Virus record (IMG/VR): IMGVR_UViG_2531839374_000008
Length of the DNA: 4,658 nt
DNA from: a virus
Lineage: Duplodnaviria; Heunggongvirae; Uroviricota; Caudoviricetes
Direction: 5' to 3' (one strand)
Part shown: in pieces, positions 1 to 4,658 of the stretch
How positions within the stretch are numbered: position 1 is the stretch's first letter
Layout of the letters: each line of letters begins with the position of its first letter
Translations under genes and position numbers: made by a program
Notes under the pieces: generated by a model
Told to the model about the DNA's origin: nothing
Seen by the model: the letters and a program-made list of their open reading frames with translations, nothing else
Databases searched by the model: none

Positions 1-543
1 CTGCCAGTTGCGCCAAATCTGCTGAACCAGACGTTCGCTCCTACAGCACCAAATCAGGTCTGGGTGGCGGACCTGACGTATGTTGCCACACAGGAGGGAT
101 GGTTGTACCTCGCTGGCATCAAAGATGTTTATACGTGCGAAATTGTCGGCTACGCCATGGGAGAGCGCATGACAAAAGAGCTGACAGGTAAAGCCCTGTT
201 TATGGCGCTCAGGAGCCAGCGCCCACCTGCCGGGCTAATCCACCACTCTGATCGAGGTTCACAGTACTGCGCATACGATTACCGGGTCATACAGGAGCAG
301 TCTGGTCTGAAAACATCAATGTCGCGTAAAGGTCACTGTTACGACAACGCTCCGATGGAAAGCTTCTGGGGAACGCTGAAAAATGAGAGCCTGAGCCACT
401 ATCGTTTTAATAACCGGGATGAAGCCATCTCAGTAATACGGGAATACATTGAGATTTTCTACAATCGTCAGCGTCGTCACTCTCGTCTGGGGAATATCTC
501 CCCGGCAGCCTTCAGGGAAAAATATCATCAGATGGCTGCTTAA
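1..543 (+). CDS. IS3-family transposase OrfB, C-terminal catalytic (DDE/integrase-core) fragment; 5' end lies outside the window
   Basis: Frame 1 is open from base 1 (LPVAPNLLNQTFAPTAPNQVWVADLTYV...) to TAA at 541-543. It carries the conserved IS3-family motifs WVADLTYV (first D), HSDRGSQY (second D) and YDNAPMESF (E). Overall it resembles retroviral-integrase-like OrfB of IS3-family elements. It is clearly different from the IS911-like OrfB that begins at 4297. Confidence 0.9.
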   Translation: MPVAPNLLNQTFAPTAPNQVWVADLTYVATQEGWLYLAGIKDVYTCEIVGYAMGERMTKELTGKALFMALRSQRPPAGLIHHSDRGSQYCAYDYRVIQEQSGLKTSMSRKGHCYDNAPMESFWGTLKNESLSHYRFNNRDEAISVIREYIEIFYNRQRRHSRLGNISPAAFREKYHQMAA

Positions 544-590
544 AAAAAGAACAAATGGTAGTGTCCGCTATTGCCAGTACACCTCATTCA
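1..590 (+). mobile_element. 3' portion of an IS3-family insertion sequence (distinct from the IS911-like copy at the right); right terminus inferred near 590
   Basis: Contains the C-terminal part of a DDE transposase (1..543). About 47 bp after the stop the sequence ends ...CAGTACACCTCATTCA (575-590), which resembles the reverse complement of the IS911-like left end at 3977 (TGAAGTGGCACACTG) and ends in the CA typical of IS3-family termini. An outward-facing TTGCCA (571-576) lies 14 bp from this inferred end. The exact boundary is an inference because the left end of the element is outside the window. Confidence 0.7.
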
Positions 591-619
591 AAGAAGCCTA
601 CATTGCTGAGTTCGACCGC

Positions 620-868
620 ATGGAGGCCGAACTGCGCCAGAATAACACCCCACCTGCTGACAAGATGATTCCGGGTGATGGTCGCACTCTGGTTGTTCAC
701 TTCGACAAATTCGGCAATGTCGAATTCACCGAAACCGTTCCTGATGGCGCACTGGTCTGTACCCTGGAGACTTTCCGGTTTTATCTGGAAAAACAGGGAT
801 GGACTCTTGTTAACCGGGGCGCAATTAAAAATATGACTGTGGAACAATTACTCAAAATTCATTGTTGA
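620..868 (+). CDS. hypothetical protein (82 aa from ATG 620); possibly the 3' remnant of a gene truncated by the upstream IS insertion
   Basis: Open frame with protein-like composition (MEAELRQNNTPPADKMIPGDGRTLVVHFDKFGNVEFTETVPDGALVCTLETFRFYLEKQGWTLVNRGAIKNMTVEQLLKIHC), stop TGA 866-868. The same frame stays open and protein-like upstream to the inferred IS end (...KEAYIAEFDR before the ATG), and there is no convincing SD before ATG 620. The part of the track ORF upstream of ~590 (449..) is transposase DNA read in another frame. Confidence 0.4.
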   Translation: MEAELRQNNTPPADKMIPGDGRTLVVHFDKFGNVEFTETVPDGALVCTLETFRFYLEKQGWTLVNRGAIKNMTVEQLLKIHC

Positions 869-878
869 GGACGCAATA

Positions 879-1007
879 ATGGAGACGTTATTACCAAACG
901 TTAATACGTCTGAAGGTTGTTTTGAAATTGGTGTCACTATCAGTAACCCTGTATTTACTGAAGATGCCATTAACAAGAAGAAAACACGAACGGGAGCTAT
1001 TAAATAA
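879..1007 (+). CDS. tiny hypothetical ORF (42 aa), speculative
   Basis: ATG at 879 preceded by GAGGA (867-871, 7-nt spacer); METLLPNVNTSEGCFEIGVTISNPVFTEDAINKKKTRTGAIK, stop TAA 1005-1007. Below the ORF-track size cutoff. Short and AT-rich, so coding status is uncertain. Confidence 0.15.
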   Translation: METLLPNVNTSEGCFEIGVTISNPVFTEDAINKKKTRTGAIK

Positions 1008-1064
1008 AATATGCATTGTTTCAATGCTGGCTCGTTTACGTCTGATGCCAAAAGGATGTGCACA

Positions 1065-1256
1065 ATGAATACAGTATTTGCACTCGTTCTGACGGTTTTT
1101 CTTGTTTCCGGTGAACCGGTTGACATGGTTACTGGCGTATACAGCTCAATGAAAGAATGTATGACTGCCGCAGCGAAACAGAAAATTCCCGGTGACTGTT
1201 ATCCGGTCGATAAAGTTATTCACCATGATAATAACGAAATCCCGGCAGGTCTTTAA
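1065..1256 (+). CDS. small hypothetical protein (63 aa) with an N-terminal hydrophobic segment (signal peptide or membrane anchor); family not recognised
   Basis: ATG 1065 preceded by AAGGA (1052-1056, 8-nt spacer), the best-supported of three in-frame ATGs (1011, 1056, 1065). Product MNTVFALVLTVFLVSGEPVDMVTGVYSSMKECMTAAAKQKIPGDCYPVDKVIHHDNNEIPAGL; stop TAA 1254-1256. Two Cys residues in the mature part. No lipobox. Confidence 0.5.
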   Translation: MNTVFALVLTVFLVSGEPVDMVTGVYSSMKECMTAAAKQKIPGDCYPVDKVIHHDNNEIPAGL

Positions 1257-1328
1257 AACAGTTCCGTAATAAATATCCGGTTTCATTCTTATATGCCAGC
1301 AATGGCAGGGGTTCGCTCAACCTTAATT

Positions 1329-1334
1329 AAGGAG
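1329..1334 (+). promoter_or_regulatory. Shine-Dalgarno (AAGGAG) for the 1341 CDS
   Basis: Perfect AAGGAG with a 6-nt spacer to ATG 1341. Confidence 0.6.
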
Positions 1335-1340
1335 AAAAAC

Positions 1341-1538
1341 ATGATTACCAGTTATGAAGCCACTGTTGTAACTACTGATGACATTGTTCACGAGGTTAAT
1401 CTGGAAGGAAAGCGTATTGGCTACGTGATTAAGACAGAAAATAAAGAAACCCCATTCACTGTGGTTGATATCGACGGTCCATCAGGCAACGTTAAAACAC
1501 TTAACGATGGTGTAAAAAAATGTGTCTGGTGCACATAG
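1341..1538 (+). CDS. small hypothetical protein (65 aa as encoded; may be ~91 aa if the frame break at A7 1514-1520 is repaired, ending at TGA 1613-1615)
   Basis: Strong RBS. Product MITSYEATVVTTDDIVHEVNLEGKRIGYVIKTENKETPFTVVDIDGPSGNVKTLNDGVKKCVWCT, stop TAG 1536-1538. Directly after the A7 run the -1 frame reads a clean, helix-like continuation (MCLVHIGKNLPAEKKAEFLATLIAMKLKGEI). Family not recognised. Confidence 0.6.
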   Translation: MITSYEATVVTTDDIVHEVNLEGKRIGYVIKTENKETPFTVVDIDGPSGNVKTLNDGVKKCVWCT

Positions 1539-1613
1539 GAAAGAATCTGCCCGCAGAAAAAAAAGCCGAATTTCTGGCAACTCTGATTGCAATGAAATTA
1601 AAAGGTGAAATCT

Positions 1614-1644
1614 GAAAAAAAGAAAGCCTGCACACTGTGCAGGC
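1614..1644 (-). terminator. putative rho-independent terminator oriented for the minus strand (possibly bidirectional)
   Basis: Perfect palindrome GCCTGCACA-C-TGTGCAGGC (1626-1644) immediately preceded on the + strand by an A-rich run (1614-1625, AAAAAAAGAAA), which gives a hairpin plus U-tract when read on the minus strand. There is no T-tract after the hairpin on the + strand. Confidence 0.3.
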
Positions 1645-1714
1645 CTGAGTGAAGAACCTGGGACATTTATTCATCACTCGCAGTAATTTTAATCTGAGTT
1701 GAGGTTAAAAAACA

Positions 1715-3517
1715 ATGAACACCGATAAACAAGTTTACCCACTGTATTACGAAGCAAAAAATGACAAAGTAAGAAAACGTCTCGGTATTAAAGGCGGTTT
1801 TTACTGGGCTGAAGCGAAAAAATTATCCATTGCCATCTCCCGTGGTGCTGTTGCGATTGACGATGCTGGATACGATGAAGATGACTTCAAAAAACCTGTT
1901 CGCGTCAATTTGCCCGTTGTTGATGACCTCCCACCAGAAGGCGTGTTTGATACGGAATTCTGCAACCGTTACGAAAAAGGCGGGGAAGATGGCATCACAA
2001 TGGTATTTATCGCGCCCTCACCCTCTGCGCAGGACAAACCAGCCAGCACTGACAATACCAATGTTAATGGCGAAGACATGACGGAGATTGAGGAGAATAT
2101 GCTACTCCCGATTTCTGGTCAGGAGCTGCCCATTCGCTGGCTTGCTCAACACGGCAGCGAAAAACCGGTAACGCACGTTTCACGCGACGAACTCCAGGCA
2201 TTACACATTGCACGGGCTGAGGAACTACCAGCTGTTACTGCCCTGGCTGTTTCGCATAAAACCAGCCTGCTCGACCCGCTGGAAATTCGCGATCTCCACA
2301 AACTCGTGCGTGATACTGACAAAGTTTTCCCTAATCCTGGCAATTCAAATCTGGGACTGATGACTGCTTTTTTCGAAGCATATCTGGATGCCAACTACAC
2401 CGATCGCGGTCTGCTGACAAAAGAGTGGATGAAAGGAAATCGTGTTTCACGCATCACGCGCACGGCTTCCGGTGCGAATGCTGGCGGCGGGAACCTCACC
2501 GATCGCGGCGAAGGTTTCGTCCACGATCTGACGTCGCTGGCGCGCGACGTAGCCACTGGCGTACTGGCCCGTTCAATGGACGTGGATATTTATAACCTTC
2601 ATCCGGCACACGCTAAACGTGTCGAGGAAATTATCGCTGAAAATAAACCGCCCTTTTCTGTTTTCCGCGACAAATTCATCACCATGCCTGGCGGGATGGA
2701 TTATTCCCGCGCCATCGTGGTTGCGTCAGTGAAAGAAGCACCGATTGGTATCGAGGTCATCCCCGCGCACGTCACTGAATATCTGAACAAGGTACTGACT
2801 GAAACCGATCATGCCAACCCTGATCCGGAAATCGTGGATATTGCCTGCGGTCGCTCCTCTGCCCCGATGCCGCAACGTGTAACAGAAGAAGGAAAACAGG
2901 ATGATGAAGAAAAACCGCAACCATCTTGCGCAATGGCAGATGAACAGGCAACGGCTGAAACAGTGGAACCGGATGCAACTGAACATCATCAGGACACGCA
3001 GCCGCTGGATGCTCAGTCACAGGTAAATGCTGTTGATGCGAAATATCAGAAACTGCGGACAGAACTCCATGAAGCCCGGAAAAACATTCCGCCCAAAAAT
3101 CCTGTCGATGCAGACAAATTACTGGCTGCCTCTCGCGGAGAATTTGTTGAAGGGATTAGCGACCCGAATGATTCGAAATGGATTCCCGGTCATCATATCT
3201 CCTCAAATGAAGTCAAAAAAACGGAAAATGAAGTGCGACAGACTGAAGATAAACAGCACCAGAACAGCGAACCGGAGGAGGGAACACCCTGCAATCAGAC
3301 TGGCGAGGATAACTGCCCTGACTGTGGCGCGGTGATGGGAGACGCAACTTATCAGGAAACTTTTGACGAAAAAAACCAGATGAAGCACAGGAAGAAGAGC
3401 CGAAGAAAACGGAAAAAGCTGATGATTTGTTGCCGGAGAACGCTGGCAGCGATCAGCATAATGATAGCAATAATGAAACTGGCGAAGATGAACTCAACTG
3501 GAAAAAACAGGTGTTGA
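1715..3517 (+). CDS. large hypothetical protein (600 codons as encoded), family not recognised; the 3' end appears frame-disrupted
   Basis: Uninterrupted 1803-nt ORF from ATG 1715 (GAGG at 1701-1704). The first ~380 aa look globular, followed by a long acidic low-complexity region rich in E/D/Q/T/P (from about nt 2870). After the A7 run at 3369-3375 the in-frame tail becomes implausible ([12 protein letters not shown]... then stop 3515-3517) while the -1 frame continues the acidic character. No Walker A, DDE, HTH or other motif I can confidently name. Confidence 0.8.
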   Translation: MNTDKQVYPLYYEAKNDKVRKRLGIKGGFYWAEAKKLSIAISRGAVAIDDAGYDEDDFKKPVRVNLPVVDDLPPEGVFDTEFCNRYEKGGEDGITMVFIAPSPSAQDKPASTDNTNVNGEDMTEIEENMLLPISGQELPIRWLAQHGSEKPVTHVSRDELQALHIARAEELPAVTALAVSHKTSLLDPLEIRDLHKLVRDTDKVFPNPGNSNLGLMTAFFEAYLDANYTDRGLLTKEWMKGNRVSRITRTASGANAGGGNLTDRGEGFVHDLTSLARDVATGVLARSMDVDIYNLHPAHAKRVEEIIAENKPPFSVFRDKFITMPGGMDYSRAIVVASVKEAPIGIEVIPAHVTEYLNKVLTETDHANPDPEIVDIACGRSSAPMPQRVTEEGKQDDEEKPQPSCAMADEQATAETVEPDATEHHQDTQPLDAQSQVNAVDAKYQKLRTELHEARKNIPPKNPVDADKLLAASRGEFVEGISDPNDSKWIPGHHISSNEVKKTENEVRQTEDKQHQNSEPEEGTPCNQTGEDNCPDCGAVMGDATYQETFDEKNQMKHRKKSRRKRKKLMICCRRTLAAISIMIAIMKLAKMNSTGKNRC

Positions 3518-3668
3518 TTGCGGCGGTTTACGGTTTATGTGCGAATCCTGCGTGCATAGCCTATGCGCCTGCAATCCCTGGCATCGCAATGATGATTGCC
3601 AACAAGCTTGAAAATTTTGGAGTGACCAGTGATGAGCGCTTACCCGATTTTTTGATCGTATTGAAGAA

Positions 3669-3929
3669 ATGGCATGGGCTCGTCACTACCAGCAGATCGT
3701 TCGTGAAGAAAAAGAAACGGAACTGGCGGACGATCTGGAAAAAGGTCTGCCTCAGCACCTGTTTGAATCGCTCTGCATCGACCATTTGCAACGCCACGGT
3801 GCCAATAAACAGGCAATCAGCCACGCATTTGATGATGATGTTGAGTTTCAGGAGCGCATGGCAGAACACATCCGGTACATGGCTGAAACCATTGCCCACC
3901 ACCAGGTTGATATTGATTTGGAGGACTAA
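3669..3929 (+). CDS. 86-aa ORF; either an independent small gene or the C-terminal segment of the frame-disrupted large gene
   Basis: ATG 3669 to TAA 3927-3929: [86 protein letters not shown]. Helical, charged and protein-like. The frame is open upstream to 3636 and there is only a weak SD (GAAGAA) before the ATG. Confidence 0.45.
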   Translation: MAWARHYQQIVREEKETELADDLEKGLPQHLFESLCIDHLQRHGANKQAISHAFDDDVEFQERMAEHIRYMAETIAHHQVDIDLED

Positions 3930-3976
3930 AATCTATGGCGCTTTTTCAACGAGCAATAAACACACAGGCCTATCTA

Positions 3977-4012
3977 TGAAGTGGCACACTGAATTTGGCC
4001 ACCTGAACAGAG
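3977..4012 (+). repeat. left terminal inverted repeat (IRL) of the IS911-like element, about 36 bp
   Basis: Terminal TGAAGTGG... lies 72 bp upstream of the orfA start. The length is taken from what is known of IS911 (about 36-bp IRs). The inner boundary is approximate. Confidence 0.55.
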
Positions 4013-4048
4013 GTGATATGCTCACCTCAGAACAACACAGGTGCTCCA

Positions 4049-4658
<610 letters not shown>

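Larger units (their letters stand above)
1715..3929 (+). pseudogene. putative single ~738-codon gene reconstructed across two 1-nt homopolymer frame breaks (A7 3369-3375, T6 3648-3653); either a decayed gene or an assembly artefact
   Basis: Frame 2 (1715..~3372), frame 1 (~3367..~3650) and frame 0 (3636..3929) each carry protein-like sequence only over these intervals. Adding one A and one T joins them into one ORF ending at TAA 3927-3929, just before the IS911-like left end. The frame-1 segment contains a ~30-aa hydrophobic stretch ([31 protein letters not shown], nt ~3508-3600). Confidence 0.4.

Noticed and set aside
449-619. N-terminal part of track ORF 449..868 (MRFSTIVSVVTLVWGISPRQPSGKNIIRWLLKKRTNGSVRY...)
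   Set aside because: From 449 to ~590 it overlaps the transposase coding sequence and IS terminus in a different frame, so this part is a chance open frame. Only the part from ~591 or 620 onward is plausibly a gene.
1011-1064. Upstream ATG starts (1011, 1056) for the 1065 gene
   Set aside because: No SD at suitable spacing for 1011 or 1056. ATG 1065 has AAGGA 8 nt upstream and puts the hydrophobic segment at the N-terminus.
584-1126. Minus-strand ORFs 584..847 and 848..1126
   Set aside because: They are antisense to the better-supported + strand ORFs, have no obvious RBS and an unconvincing composition. Treated as shadow ORFs.
1614-1644. The palindrome at 1626-1644 as a + strand intrinsic terminator for the small-gene block
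   Set aside because: There is no T-tract downstream on the + strand. The A-tract is upstream, so the canonical terminator geometry exists only for the minus strand.
1830-3388. Internal and antisense ORFs within the large gene (1830..2081 +, 3027..3335 +, 2146..2394 -, 2726..2989 -, 2772..3020 -, 3203..3388 -)
   Set aside because: All are nested in the 600-codon frame, short, and Ser/Arg/Leu- or Cys-rich in the way off-frame translations usually are. No independent start signals.
3380-3517. Basic and hydrophobic tail of the 600-aa ORF ([36 protein letters not shown]...) as a genuine C-terminus
   Set aside because: It looks like the off-frame reading of an acidic GAA/GAG-rich coding region. 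The -1 frame continues the preceding acidic composition, so a frame break at A7 3369-3375 is more plausible. Not fully excluded.
4013-4048. ATG 4013 as the orfA start
   Set aside because: It lies within the terminal inverted repeat with no SD. ATG 4049 has AGGTG 5 nt upstream and gives the expected 100-aa OrfA.

Overview
The window is a ~3.4 kb accessory cargo segment bracketed by two different IS3-family insertion sequences in the same orientation. At the left (1..~590) is the 3' end of an IS3-family element: a transposase OrfB C-terminal fragment with the DDE signature. At the right (3977..4658, continuing past the window) is the 5' part of an IS911-like element with its left inverted repeat, orfA, the A-AAA-AAG programmed -1 frameshift site and the start of orfB. 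Between them is a + strand gene array I cannot assign to any known family: an 82-aa ORF that may be the 3' remnant of an IS-truncated gene, a 63-aa protein with a hydrophobic N-terminus, a 65-aa protein with a perfect Shine-Dalgarno, and a large gene of at least 600 codons with a long acidic low-complexity region. Three of these reading frames break at A/T homopolymers (A7 at 1514-1520, A7 at 3369-3375, T6 at 3648-3653), each repairable by adding one base. This points either to homopolymer under-calling in the assembly or to real gene decay or slippage in an IS-rich replicon. No rRNA, tRNA or CRISPR array is evident. All homology statements are from memory, not database searches.
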